IMG/VR virus record: IMGVR_UViG_3300025942_000003
Coordinates: 3,213 to 67,212 of that record
From: a virus
DNA: 64,000 nt
Strand: one strand, 5' to 3'
Under the pieces are notes generated by a model. That model saw only the letters and a list, made by a program, of their open reading frames with translations, did not search any database and was not told where the DNA came from. Positions 8,971 to 17,952 of this stretch are shown here, piece after piece. The position numbers and the translations under genes were made by a program. Numbering within the stretch: position 1 is the first letter of the stretch; every line of letters starts with the position of its first letter.

Positions 8971-9140
8971 CTGTAGTAACCAGCGATTGCCTTGTGCCAC
9001 ATATACATAGACCAAGCGAATAGCGAAGCACCGAGAAGGCTCATAATCCAACCGCCGCCAGCGATTCCTGTGAATACAGCGAACAGACCGAGCGGACCCG
9101 ACAACACAACCGCCAAACATTCGATGAGGCTATCTTTCAT
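8967..9140 (-). CDS. Small two-TM membrane protein
   Basis: MKDSLIECLAVVLSGPLGLFAVFTGIAGGGWIMSLLGASLFAWSMY...; SD GAGG; ATGA overlap downstream. Confidence 0.5.
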   Translation of the reverse strand: MKDSLIECLAVVLSGPLGLFAVFTGIAGGGWIMSLLGASLFAWSMYMWHKAIAGYYR

Positions 9141-9176
9141 CTCAACCTCGCCTCACTCGCCTCAAATATAGGCGTA

Positions 9177-9377
9177 TTATGGGAACGGATTCTCCTTATA
9201 TGGAATACCAGCCTCAGCAATCTTACGCTTCATCTCTGGCCATAAGTCATCGTCAGCGAATTGCATCTTTAGATTGGGCTGAGCTAGCCTGCCTTCGCGT
9301 TCAAGTATGGCTAATCGTATATCACGAGCTGCGCGATAATCCTCGTCATTCGCAAATTCCAGTTCTTTCAAGCCCAT
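9177..9377 (-). CDS. Hypothetical protein
   Basis: ATG abuts the upstream TAA. Confidence 0.55.
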   Translation of the reverse strand: MGLKELEFANDEDYRAARDIRLAILEREGRLAQPNLKMQFADDDLWPEMKRKIAEAGIPYKENPFP

Positions 9378-9992
9378 TTACTTTAACCTCTCTTCACTCA
9401 TTTGAAAGATTTCCGTGTAATCATCAACCTCATTCCGATCCCATATTGAACTCTTGCGTGGCCTTTGCCATGCAACCATCGGTGCAACACAATAAGCATT
9501 CAACTCAGGCAATCGAGTACTAAGGTAATTATCCCACATTTGTGCATCGAACGATGGCTGACCTTCGAGGATTCGCCTCACACAACGCTTGTGGTACGCA
9601 ATCGCGTGAGTAGTCCAAGCTGCGCGTATTCGCCATAGGTGCTCGCTGTGGCGTTCTGGAGATGGTTCACCATTGTTCCAGCAAACAAGGTTCGCGCCAA
9701 GGTAGAGGATGTCCCAATCTTCAGGGAGTTCGCCGATTGCGGCTGGTAGATGGCTGAGATTGCGAAATACTACATCATCTTCTAAATGCAATAGTCGATT
9801 ATCTTCGCTAAATAGGAAGTCAAGCAGGATGTTTCGCTCGCTGTGGGAGAAGGACTGATGAGGACCGATCTCCTTGACGGCTTCGTACTTTTCAACAGTA
9901 AGCCCGACGCGTTGAAACTCTGCCCATGCCTTTACCCACTCGCTATAAACAGCGGTGAGGCAGACACGACGCTGAAAGAATGACCAGTCCAC
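9378..9992 (-). CDS. GT25-like glycosyltransferase
   Basis: SHSE, LLHLEDDVVF, DWDILYLG, WTTHAIAY, PMVAWQ; SD GGAG before GTG at 9992. Confidence 0.75.
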   Translation of the reverse strand: MDWSFFQRRVCLTAVYSEWVKAWAEFQRVGLTVEKYEAVKEIGPHQSFSHSERNILLDFLFSEDNRLLHLEDDVVFRNLSHLPAAIGELPEDWDILYLGANLVCWNNGEPSPERHSEHLWRIRAAWTTHAIAYHKRCVRRILEGQPSFDAQMWDNYLSTRLPELNAYCVAPMVAWQRPRKSSIWDRNEVDDYTEIFQMSEERLK

Positions 9993-10186
9993 TAGTCGCT
10001 CTCCAGTTGTTTCGATAGTCCCCAAAGACAAAGCACCGCCAATACCAAGTTTACTAAGAGCTTGGCGGCTGCGCCCCACTTGTTTATGTGCTGATTCAAG
10101 CCACATGTTGCGAGGGCAATTGCTATAAGTGAGACGGATGCCATGATCGTGAATAGGATCGTCCCCAAAGTTAATATCAACTTCAT
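9992..10186 (-). CDS. Small membrane protein
   Basis: Two hydrophobic segments; SD GAGGGG. Confidence 0.5.
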   Translation of the reverse strand: MKLILTLGTILFTIMASVSLIAIALATCGLNQHINKWGAAAKLLVNLVLAVLCLWGLSKQLESD

Positions 10187-10201
10187 AATCCCCTCACTTC
10201 A

Positions 10202-10405
10202 TTACAGGCTAGACACTTTGTTCTCAGACTGATTCAGCCACCGCTCAACAGGTGGTCGCCACTGTGCGCCAAATTGCATAAGAACCCATGCAGTGACAAA
10301 ACCGTATAGACCATATTCGCCAGTCAGCCAAGTGATAGCCCCGATGCCAGCAACGATATTTAGTCCGTTATTGAATCTTCTAAATAGTTTGCGCCACTCG
10401 CTCAT
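10202..10405 (-). CDS. Small membrane protein
   Basis: Hydrophobic core; ATGA overlap with the upstream gene. Confidence 0.5.
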   Translation of the reverse strand: MSEWRKLFRRFNNGLNIVAGIGAITWLTGEYGLYGFVTAWVLMQFGAQWRPPVERWLNQSENKVSSL

Positions 10406-10767
10406 ATCCCTCTCCCTTCTCCACATACAGGACATTCAGCGGGGGTTAATGTATGTCCTGATGCCTTGCAGTCTGAACAAATAGTAGCGAAGCGCTGCCC
10501 TGCAAATCGACTCCCACAATGCTTACAGTAGGCGTTCTTTGGGCCAGAGTCCTCAACCTTGAATTCCCCGCTAATCTCAGTCTTAACAGCATCACTCGGC
10601 AAAGTAAGGATTAGTTCCCGCAGTTCATCGATCTTATTCTCGATACTTGACCCGCCCTCAATCAGCAATTGCCGCATGGCTTCGTTCTGAGTGCGCCCCG
10701 GCAAAGCCTGAATTGCTGCCCATACTTCATCATCTACGCGGATTGTGCGTGTGCGCGTCTCAGCCAT
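10402..10767 (-). CDS. Ribbon-helix-helix-like regulator with C-terminal Cys-rich Zn domain
   Basis: TRTIRVDDEVWAAIQ...TQNEAMRQLL (RHH-like) and three CxxC motifs; probably leaderless. Confidence 0.6.
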   Translation of the reverse strand: MAETRTRTIRVDDEVWAAIQALPGRTQNEAMRQLLIEGGSSIENKIDELRELILTLPSDAVKTEISGEFKVEDSGPKNAYCKHCGSRFAGQRFATICSDCKASGHTLTPAECPVCGEGRGI

Positions 10768-10773
10768 GCACAC

Positions 10774-10802
10774 AATGTAACACGAGGCGTATGCGGATGC
10801 AA
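10774..10802 (-). promoter_or_regulatory. Sigma70-type promoter heading the glycan gene block
   Basis: TTGCAT-17 nt-TACATT (also TGn extended), 6 nt before ATG 10767. Confidence 0.6.
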
Positions 10803-10813
10803 TACATTTGGAA

Positions 10814-11701
10814 TTATTGGTTGATGTAGATCAGGAAGCAGCGGCACTGATCGCCGCCAAGACAGTCGGGGTTAGGGGTCGGCTGTAGATCGTCTTCATT
10901 GCTCGCAGTCTTTCCGTCTTCTGCCGCACAGTGAGGACATACCGAAGGGTCCAATAATGCACTGTACTCTATTTGATCCCAATCATCTTTTCGGCTTTCT
11001 GCTTCATCACTTCGCCCGATGTTGATTACCTTATTCGCCAGTCCTCTCGAAGCGCGATCAATGTACGTTACTGAGCCTCCGGTAATTTCATTTGTTACCG
11101 CGTTGATTAAACCTGCTCCTGTTTGACCTAAAAGAGCGTGGCGTGTAGCTGCATCAATAATGCGTGACTGAACATCGTTAGCAACGCGGCTAGTTGTTAG
11201 GTCTGTGAGAATGTCGAGATCGTCAAACTCATCATCGTCAATTATCGCTGCTTTCTTGCCGAGTTCAGCCGCGACCAACATTCGGCCCTGATGATGAACC
11301 GTCATTAGCTGTTCTTTGAGCGTGGCCGCTGTCTCATTAGGCGTTTGCAGCACTAAGGTATGGTACGAGGCGGGTTTGAGCTTTTGAATGCGTTTGAGGC
11401 CGTCTGTAATCAATTCCTCACGCAGACTCAACAGGATCTTACCAATGGACTCCTTTGCTGATTCTTGAGCACCGTGGATTCCTTTGACGGCGATCTTTTC
11501 GTGCTCTTTAGGCTCGCGTGAGAGCGTTAATCCATCCCACTCGATTGATTTCTTTTCGAGATGATTCAAGCCTAGATGTGTATAGAACGCCGTGGCCTTA
11601 GCTTCTCCGTGCGTGTCAATGGCGTGCTGCCAAAAGGAAGCGTGACGCGCAGCCATAAGCGCTTGCAATCTCAGATCAAAGATTTTGCGCTGGAGGGTCA
11701 T
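10814..11701 (-). CDS. Head morphogenesis / minor capsid protein (Mu gpF/SPP1 gp7-like)
   Basis: Downstream of the portal; YSALLDPSVCPHCAAEDG...PNPDCLGGDQCRC. Confidence 0.75.
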   Translation of the reverse strand: MTLQRKIFDLRLQALMAARHASFWQHAIDTHGEAKATAFYTHLGLNHLEKKSIEWDGLTLSREPKEHEKIAVKGIHGAQESAKESIGKILLSLREELITDGLKRIQKLKPASYHTLVLQTPNETAATLKEQLMTVHHQGRMLVAAELGKKAAIIDDDEFDDLDILTDLTTSRVANDVQSRIIDAATRHALLGQTGAGLINAVTNEITGGSVTYIDRASRGLANKVINIGRSDEAESRKDDWDQIEYSALLDPSVCPHCAAEDGKTASNEDDLQPTPNPDCLGGDQCRCFLIYINQ

Positions 11702-11955
11702 CTGCCACAGTTTTCACAACCGAGAGATTGCCCGCAATTGTAGCAATTGCCGTTGTCGTGTAACTCACGCTCAAAGTAGTAAACTTGGTTGACCAAAGCT
11801 ATTAGCCGCCAACGTTGCGCGGCCTGCTTATTAAGCCACGCAGTAAGTTTTTCCGACATCTGTTCATCGTTGACAATATACAGGTATTCTACGATGTTGT
11901 ACTCTATCCGCCGTGCGGGTAAGCTTATTCCCGACGCTATCCAGTTTGTACTCAC
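11698..11955 (-). CDS. Hypothetical protein
   Basis: Coupled by GTGA/ATGA overlaps; WLNKQAAQRWRLI...YYFER plus a CxxC tail. Confidence 0.55.
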   Translation of the reverse strand: MSTNWIASGISLPARRIEYNIVEYLYIVNDEQMSEKLTAWLNKQAAQRWRLIALVNQVYYFERELHDNGNCYNCGQSLGCENCGR

Positions 11956-13550
11956 CGTTGTACCTCAAACCCTTTCATCTGCGCCTCCAGTTCTTCAAAC
12001 CAGTGTTCCAGTTCTGCAAATTTAGCTAACGATGCGGGATCAATAGGCGGCTTATCTGTTGGTGCGGGCTCCGGCGCCTTGGTAGCCATCTCTATCAGCC
12101 GCTCAGGACTCATTGGAGTAGAGAGCCCCGGCACCATCCGAATATCGCCTAATGGAGCCCCGACAGGCTTCTTGCCGACCGCGGTTAGATACTGATCCAA
12201 GGTGGACCCGCCTGACTTGAATATCTCGGATTCGCGTTTAACCTTGGCATCTTCGTCCTCTTGGAGCACTCTAACTTTTGTTGTATCAAACTCGAATTCA
12301 GAGTTCTTCGCGTCTTGAAAGTCAGGCTTAAGCTGCCAGTTAAACTCTTCTGCCCATACGTTCTGAATCGGAATGATTACTTCCTCGTATCCCTGCTGCC
12401 GTGCTTGCTCGGATGAGGCGTAGCTAGTGCCGTTCTGAACACCTACCATCAATTGCAATGCGGCTGGCGAGATATTGCACACCGCGCAGACTCGAGCTTC
12501 GATAATCAGCCGCAGTTCAGAGACATTCAACTCAGTCGGATTGAAGCCAAACTTCTCTACCTTCACAGGTGCTGTAAGGATGACAGGCTCACCTGCTCGA
12601 CGCCCGGTTGTCTTCGCCATCCAGGACTCTTTCATGTGCGCAGCTTCAGCATCATCAATCGTGTCGCCTTCCAGCGCCGGCGAAATCACAGGCACTTGAA
12701 TACCCATATTAGCGAAGATTGACGCCGTGAATAGCGCCATTTTGTCATCAGCGCAGAGTTCCTTGTAAAGAGCTTCAAATGGTCCGATGCCGAGGCGAGG
12801 ATTACTAAGATCTACGTGTCGTTTGAGGTGCACAATGTCTCGAGCCGGATAGAGAACGGGCGCTTTACCTGGTGGCGTGTACTGATAGTGGGAGAGAAAC
12901 GGATCAAGGTTGGCTTCATTTGGCACTACCGGCGATCCCCCGTCTCCAGGCCAGCGCGGTTTTACAAGGAAGTGTGGGAGATACCATAACTGCTCCACAC
13001 CTGTAAGACTGCGAGTCTTGTAGAAGTAGACGTTCCCATTCAGCCACCACGACACAGAACACGCACCTGCATAGTTAGCCCAAATGTGATGCGGATTAGG
13101 ACGTCGGATGAGTTGTGCGAGCGGATGGTTGAAGTCGCGCTTTTCATCGCTCTCAGTGCGCGTCACAACGCAGGGCTTAGCTTCGGGAATGCGTGTAGCA
13201 GTGAAGTTTACGATCGCCATCGCAAGCGAGTTGAGATCGAGATCGCCCACTTCGGCCTTATGATCAACACGTTCTGGTCGTCTACCCCAATAGCTACGAT
13301 AAGTTGGGTATGTAGGAGAGTAGTTGTACTGACCTAGATCGGGAGCGGGGAGTGGTTTGGCTTTGCTTTCATGCTGAATTCCAGCTACCCCTAGTGTTGT
13401 AAACTCTGATTTATCACTACGAAAGGCATTAACTGCATCAAGGAACCGATCAGCCATGCGGCGCTCTTTGATCATCGCGCCAACAGGAGAGTTGCGCGCT
13501 TCGATCTCTTCGCCAAGAATTGCTTCTTGTAATGGTTCGGATTCAGCCAT
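11952..13550 (-). CDS. Portal protein (HK97-like)
   Basis: HPLAQLIRRPNP, LNGNVYFYK, DIVHLK, RLGIGP, VCAVCNISP; follows TerL. Confidence 0.92.
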   Translation of the reverse strand: MAESEPLQEAILGEEIEARNSPVGAMIKERRMADRFLDAVNAFRSDKSEFTTLGVAGIQHESKAKPLPAPDLGQYNYSPTYPTYRSYWGRRPERVDHKAEVGDLDLNSLAMAIVNFTATRIPEAKPCVVTRTESDEKRDFNHPLAQLIRRPNPHHIWANYAGACSVSWWLNGNVYFYKTRSLTGVEQLWYLPHFLVKPRWPGDGGSPVVPNEANLDPFLSHYQYTPPGKAPVLYPARDIVHLKRHVDLSNPRLGIGPFEALYKELCADDKMALFTASIFANMGIQVPVISPALEGDTIDDAEAAHMKESWMAKTTGRRAGEPVILTAPVKVEKFGFNPTELNVSELRLIIEARVCAVCNISPAALQLMVGVQNGTSYASSEQARQQGYEEVIIPIQNVWAEEFNWQLKPDFQDAKNSEFEFDTTKVRVLQEDEDAKVKRESEIFKSGGSTLDQYLTAVGKKPVGAPLGDIRMVPGLSTPMSPERLIEMATKAPEPAPTDKPPIDPASLAKFAELEHWFEELEAQMKGFEVQR

Positions 13551-15073
13551 CAGTGCATCTTTATCATTCGTCGCCCTGCAAGTTTAGAGAACGCTCCACT
13601 CGCAGCATCAACTTGATCGTCGTTTGAACCGTGCGGGAAGGCTGTTAGCTCATTACGAAATGCGACATTCCACGGTCCTTTAACGATTCTAACATTCTTT
13701 GCCTCGCACTGACTCGCAAAAGGATCGGCGCGAGTTGTTTTGTCGGTCCTAGCCATCTCCGTCTGCACCTTGAACCCTGCCAGAAGCTTCACGATGTTAT
13801 CGATTACCTCGACGGCTAAGCCGGGCACTTTCTCAATCCATGTAGGTATCACCCCATAACTGTTGCGATCAGTCTCGGCTGTATCTTTCATCTGTTGATT
13901 CCGGTCATTTGGCGACCACTGCCCGCGCTGAACGTCCTCGATGTAGAAAATGCCTTGATGTTCAGCCATTAAACACCCTACAGAGTAATCGGCTTTGGTG
14001 CTGTCGCTACCGCCAAGATCCCAATATCTAACCCGTTTAGCCTCAACTGGTGCTGCGCTAACCTCATGCGCGAGGTCAGCGAGTTTGAACATGTTCCCCT
14101 CGCGTGCTGTTGGCCTCTGTCGGTAAAGCGCGTTCCAAAAGTACGTGCCGATGCGCTTGGCGATCTTCTGTAATCTCTTCAGAGAATAACGCTCCGGACA
14201 CAAGGGCTCTCCAACCTCGCGATCATCAGGCTCAATCGTACACGTGGGCGGAAACTCGGGCGGCTCGCCGGCGACGGGCGGCGGCGTAGGTTCTTCCTTA
14301 ATTGCCTCGAATTTAACGATGTGCCACCGCTCTGGCTCCTCTTCATATTCTTGCTGTAATAGCCAACCGCACAAGTCGCTTTCATTCCAGCGTGTCATCA
14401 TTATCACAATGGCGCCGCCAGGTTCTTCGCGCGTATAAAAGGTTGAGGCGTACCAAGCTTGATGGCTCTTCTGAACGGTTTCTGATGCCGCCTCTTCTGC
14501 GTTCTTAATCGGATCGTCAATAATGCCCAGATGAAAGCCCTTGCCGGTTATCGGACCACCTACGCCAGCCGCCCACAGTCCGCCGCCCTGGTCGGTTTCC
14601 CAATGCTTTACGGCTGCGGCATCGTCTTTGACTTGGCCTCCGTTTGCCATGAAGTTGTCTCGGGATGAGCGAGAGAGCGTATAGGCGAGCTCTGCGGCGT
14701 ACGAATTGATGCCAACAAAGCGATTAGGAAAGCATTTAAGGTAATACGCAGAGAATAGGCGAGAGAGTTCTTCCGACTTTCCGTGTCGAGGTGGCGCAAA
14801 GATCATTACCCGCGTCAACTCGCCTAACGCCACGCGGATTAGAACTTGTGCGATTTTTACGCAGTGCGGGTACCACTTAAAGCGCGGGTTAGCGATCTGG
14901 ACAAAAGCCTGGAAGTGCGCAAGGGACGGCTTAACACTGGCCGCTTTAGTTGACTGCTGCGCTCTCTGCTGCCGAATCTCCTGTAGCCGATCCTCTATCG
15001 GCCATAGGTGTCTCATCCTGAGCGAAGGAGGCAGCAAGTTTTCCGAGGTCGAGTTTGACTCCATCAGTTTCAC
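13550..15073 (-). CDS. terL: Terminase large subunit
   Basis: Walker A PPRHGKS, Walker B IIDDPIK, MTRWNESDL, nuclease YWDLG...DYSVG, FPHGSNDDQVDA. True start may be the ATG near 15016. Confidence 0.95.
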   Translation of the reverse strand: MKLMESNSTSENLLPPSLRMRHLWPIEDRLQEIRQQRAQQSTKAASVKPSLAHFQAFVQIANPRFKWYPHCVKIAQVLIRVALGELTRVMIFAPPRHGKSEELSRLFSAYYLKCFPNRFVGINSYAAELAYTLSRSSRDNFMANGGQVKDDAAAVKHWETDQGGGLWAAGVGGPITGKGFHLGIIDDPIKNAEEAASETVQKSHQAWYASTFYTREEPGGAIVIMMTRWNESDLCGWLLQQEYEEEPERWHIVKFEAIKEEPTPPPVAGEPPEFPPTCTIEPDDREVGEPLCPERYSLKRLQKIAKRIGTYFWNALYRQRPTAREGNMFKLADLAHEVSAAPVEAKRVRYWDLGGSDSTKADYSVGCLMAEHQGIFYIEDVQRGQWSPNDRNQQMKDTAETDRNSYGVIPTWIEKVPGLAVEVIDNIVKLLAGFKVQTEMARTDKTTRADPFASQCEAKNVRIVKGPWNVAFRNELTAFPHGSNDDQVDAASGAFSKLAGRRMIKMH

Positions 15074-15398
15074 TTTGGGCGAACTTCAACCAGTCCAGCA
15101 GGTCTTTTTCAGTTTCAATTTTACTTCCCTCTAGTTTTTGGCGTATGACTCGCTTAGTAATCCGTAGACGCTCTGCCCTTGAAGCCGCTTCGGTCATTAA
15201 TGATAACCGATCAACTTCTCCAGCAAAATCAACGTGCTGCAACCAGTTAACGATAGTCCGTCTTGAGCATCCTACCTCAGAGGCTATCTCTTCCTGTGTC
15301 TTACCGGCAGCTAATCCGATAGCGGCCTGAGAGCGCTGCTCATCCCACTCGAATTGGGCAATTTTAGGGAAACGGACTGACGGCTTTTCTTCGCTCAC
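14946..15398 (-). CDS. HTH protein, probable terminase small subunit
   Basis: KTQEEIASEVGCSRRTIVNW HTH; directly upstream of and overlapping TerL. Confidence 0.7.
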   Translation of the reverse strand: MSEEKPSVRFPKIAQFEWDEQRSQAAIGLAAGKTQEEIASEVGCSRRTIVNWLQHVDFAGEVDRLSLMTEAASRAERLRITKRVIRQKLEGSKIETEKDLLDWLKFAQSETDGVKLDLGKLAASFAQDETPMADRGSATGDSAAESAAVN

Positions 15399-15422
15399 TG
15401 CCCCGACTCCCGTCCCGTAGAA

Positions 15423-15438
15423 TGTTTCACGTGGAACG
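15423..15438. other. parS-like ParB binding site
   Basis: TGTTTCACGTGGAACG versus the bacterial consensus TGTTNCACGTGAAACA; the minus strand reads CGTTCCACGTGAAACA (1 mismatch). Confidence 0.75.
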
Positions 15439-15498
15439 TAGATGTATCTAGAATTGATAAGTCTGATTTAGGGCGTTGAATAATAGCTGCGCTCATCT

Positions 15499-15687
15499 TT
15501 ACTGAGTTGCTTTCCAAGCGTTTAGCCAGCGTTCACAAGCTTCTCGATGCGTGAAGGACAGCCTTATGCAGTGAGCTACGAATAATCGGGCCTTTTCTTT
15601 GCGCCCCAAGATCGACAAGAAGACTGCTACGCCGAGTTGCCGCGCGATTCTCCTTGCAATTTCTTCATCGCTTAATGTTTGGCTCAT
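15499..15687 (-). CDS. Hypothetical protein
   Basis: 62 aa co-oriented ORF. Confidence 0.5.
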   Translation of the reverse strand: MSQTLSDEEIARRIARQLGVAVFLSILGRKEKARLFVAHCIRLSFTHREACERWLNAWKATQ

Positions 15688-15708
15688 CTCACATTCACCA
15701 TTACAGGT

Positions 15709-17409
15709 TTAGAACTTCACAAACTCTACATAGTTTCCCTTAGGCTGGTTTGCCGGACGTGGCACTAATCGATTTGGTCTGTAACCTTCTCCTGCCTGTT
15801 GCTGCCAAAGTGTTACTTGTTCATTCAGCCCAGTTGGATAACGAAGAACGCGCACAGGTGCAGGAGCAGGGATGGGCGTAGGTGGTGGTACTGGTGTAGG
15901 CGTGGGAGTTGGCGTTGGGGTAGGAGTTGGGCTTGGCGTTGTTCCCGGCTCCGTCTGCGTTAGACGCTCCCATGCGCTCGTTCCCCATTTGTACCAAAAG
16001 TTATCCATCCCCAACACATAAACCACTTGTGCTGAGTACTTATAAATCGTTCCTTCTCCACCACCTGCCTGTACGCCATTTCGCAGCGTCTTATTTGCAA
16101 CCAGCGTCCACTTTGCTCCAGTAGAATCAACAATCGTTGTTGCCTTCGTATCATCGGGGCTCGGGGGAAGTGGAGATGGCGACGGGGCTGGCGTAGGCGC
16201 GGGAGGCTGAACGACAGATCCACCTATCCACGCAAGCGACGCAGGCACGCGACGGATATGCTGATTGTAGTTCTTTGGCGTGTCGTCAAGCATTGCACGT
16301 ACGCCATCAGTACCAACGTAAGCAGAGTCGTACATCTCCTCCCACGCAGCTTTGAAGAACGGATCGCCAGAAATCTTGTAGGCATAAGCGTATGCAGGAA
16401 TAATCGTTGAACTCGCCTGTCGCGTACTCGGCAACCACCACGCTTCAAGCGCGGTCCACGGAAAGGCAATATCACCCTTCTCATAGCGGGTTGGGTTTTT
16501 TGATGTGCCGCCGTGATAGAAATAGTGCCAGCCGCGAATGCGCTTGCCTGATACCTGCTCGATCTGATCTTTGATGTATGGTCCATCGTTGTACAAGTGA
16601 CGACAGCCATTGAGGATCTGATTCTTGACGCTCTCTTTGACTGTTGAGTTTGTGGTGAGTTGATGGACATCGCCGAGCGCGGGGAGGAGTAGTCCCACCA
16701 TAAACGGCTGCATCACGCCAACTAACGACCCACCATCATCACTAACCCAGTCATCATTCCATACCCAGGCTCCGTCAGATCGTTGTGTGCGCCCAAAGTA
16801 TTGCACCGCGGCCGCTTCCACATCAGCAAGATACTGCGCTCGCAGTTCGGCGCCATTTGTAACTGTTCCGGTTATAGATGGAAAAGAGTCAGGTAGCACC
16901 TTCGCTAACCACGTTTTGTAGTGCAGCATGAATGCGCCTTCGCGCAGATCGTAAAGTGGTTCGGTTATGCGCCGCTTGATGTAGATGTAGAAGAAATACT
17001 GAACGTAGGAATTGATCCAATCCCACATCTCCGGCCGGCCATCAAGCGCGCGCAGAATAAGTCCAGCAATTCCTGCGTGACGAGGGGGCGGACTGGCTTC
17101 ATCGGGCCACTTGCGGACCTTCCCTTCTCCGATCCATGACTGTTGCTGCCACCATGAATCAGCGCATTTACGAAATAGGGTTAGAAAAGCAAGATCTCCC
17201 GAGCGCAGATATGCGATGTATTCACTGAGAGGCAGGTCGTAGTAGTTCAGCAGCACGAAGCTATTGGCACCGATCTCATCCGTAGGCGGCGTAATCGGAC
17301 AGGCTTCTCCGTGTTGCTTAGCTTTGGCAATCTGCGTCTGGTCAAAGTAAGTATTGCCGATAGGGGTTTGCGGGCCAGTGATGAGCTCAATCTGCTCTTG
17401 TAAGGTCAT
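15709..17409 (-). CDS. Aromatic-rich helical (alpha/alpha-toroid-like) putative glycan-active enzyme with Pro/Thr linkers and small C-terminal domains
   Basis: YYDLPLSEYIAYLRSGD, QPFMVGLL, YAYAYKISGDPFF; PAPTPAPSP and (TP)n linkers; lies at the lysis position upstream of terminase. Confidence 0.5.
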   Translation of the reverse strand: MTLQEQIELITGPQTPIGNTYFDQTQIAKAKQHGEACPITPPTDEIGANSFVLLNYYDLPLSEYIAYLRSGDLAFLTLFRKCADSWWQQQSWIGEGKVRKWPDEASPPPRHAGIAGLILRALDGRPEMWDWINSYVQYFFYIYIKRRITEPLYDLREGAFMLHYKTWLAKVLPDSFPSITGTVTNGAELRAQYLADVEAAAVQYFGRTQRSDGAWVWNDDWVSDDGGSLVGVMQPFMVGLLLPALGDVHQLTTNSTVKESVKNQILNGCRHLYNDGPYIKDQIEQVSGKRIRGWHYFYHGGTSKNPTRYEKGDIAFPWTALEAWWLPSTRQASSTIIPAYAYAYKISGDPFFKAAWEEMYDSAYVGTDGVRAMLDDTPKNYNQHIRRVPASLAWIGGSVVQPPAPTPAPSPSPLPPSPDDTKATTIVDSTGAKWTLVANKTLRNGVQAGGGEGTIYKYSAQVVYVLGMDNFWYKWGTSAWERLTQTEPGTTPSPTPTPTPTPTPTPVPPPTPIPAPAPVRVLRYPTGLNEQVTLWQQQAGEGYRPNRLVPRPANQPKGNYVEFVKF

Positions 17410-17433
17410 GGGAGCGGATTGTATTACTTTGTC

Positions 17434-17943
17434 TCAGTTCTGTCTAAGGTTTGTTGCGGTATCTTCTGGGGGTGTTATATCTTTAGGGTGCTCATCCCCT
17501 TCACTAAAGCTGATATTATGCTCCGCCAGAATTCGCATCGCACGTTTCAGGTGATAATCTTTCAACCCGTAGCGAATTCTCAACTGTGTGTTTGCGTCGC
17601 GTGAGTCAATCAGCTCGCCATCCAGTTCTTCAGCCTTACAACGCCAGTGGTTAATCTTGCCATGTAGCTGTTCCTCTTTCAGTAGCCAGTCCTCGCGGCG
17701 CTGCTCCGCCTTGGCAATGACCGCCTGAATCTCGCGAAAGGTTTCCAAGGTTAGGCCACCGAATGATACATCGGCCGAGGTGTGGATCCCGCGTGTCTCT
17801 GCGTCAATCTTGCGGACCTCGGCAGGTTCGCGCTTCTGCTTAAATTGTAAGGTCTTTATAGTTGTAACAACTGCAAGGATTGCTGTTACTACGTTTGAGA
17901 GTAGGAGCCAAACGTGAGGCAGTGTGGGGGATTCTTGCTGCAT
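17434..17943 (-). CDS. N-terminal TM plus coiled-coil protein (lysis-block, holin/spanin-like)
   Basis: VWLLLSNVVTAILAVVTTI followed by a heptad-rich region. Confidence 0.5.
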   Translation of the reverse strand: MQQESPTLPHVWLLLSNVVTAILAVVTTIKTLQFKQKREPAEVRKIDAETRGIHTSADVSFGGLTLETFREIQAVIAKAEQRREDWLLKEEQLHGKINHWRCKAEELDGELIDSRDANTQLRIRYGLKDYHLKRAMRILAEHNISFSEGDEHPKDITPPEDTATNLRQN

Positions 17944-17952
17944 CGGGAATCA

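Noticed and set aside
9160-9187. Possible dif/Xer site (...AATATA GGCGTA TTATGGGAAC)
   Set aside because: Only the right arm resembles a XerD site; the left arm lacks the ATAA end and the right arm overlaps a gene's stop.
15860-15930. Short tandem-like nucleotide repeats
   Set aside because: Explained by the Pro-Thr linker codons.
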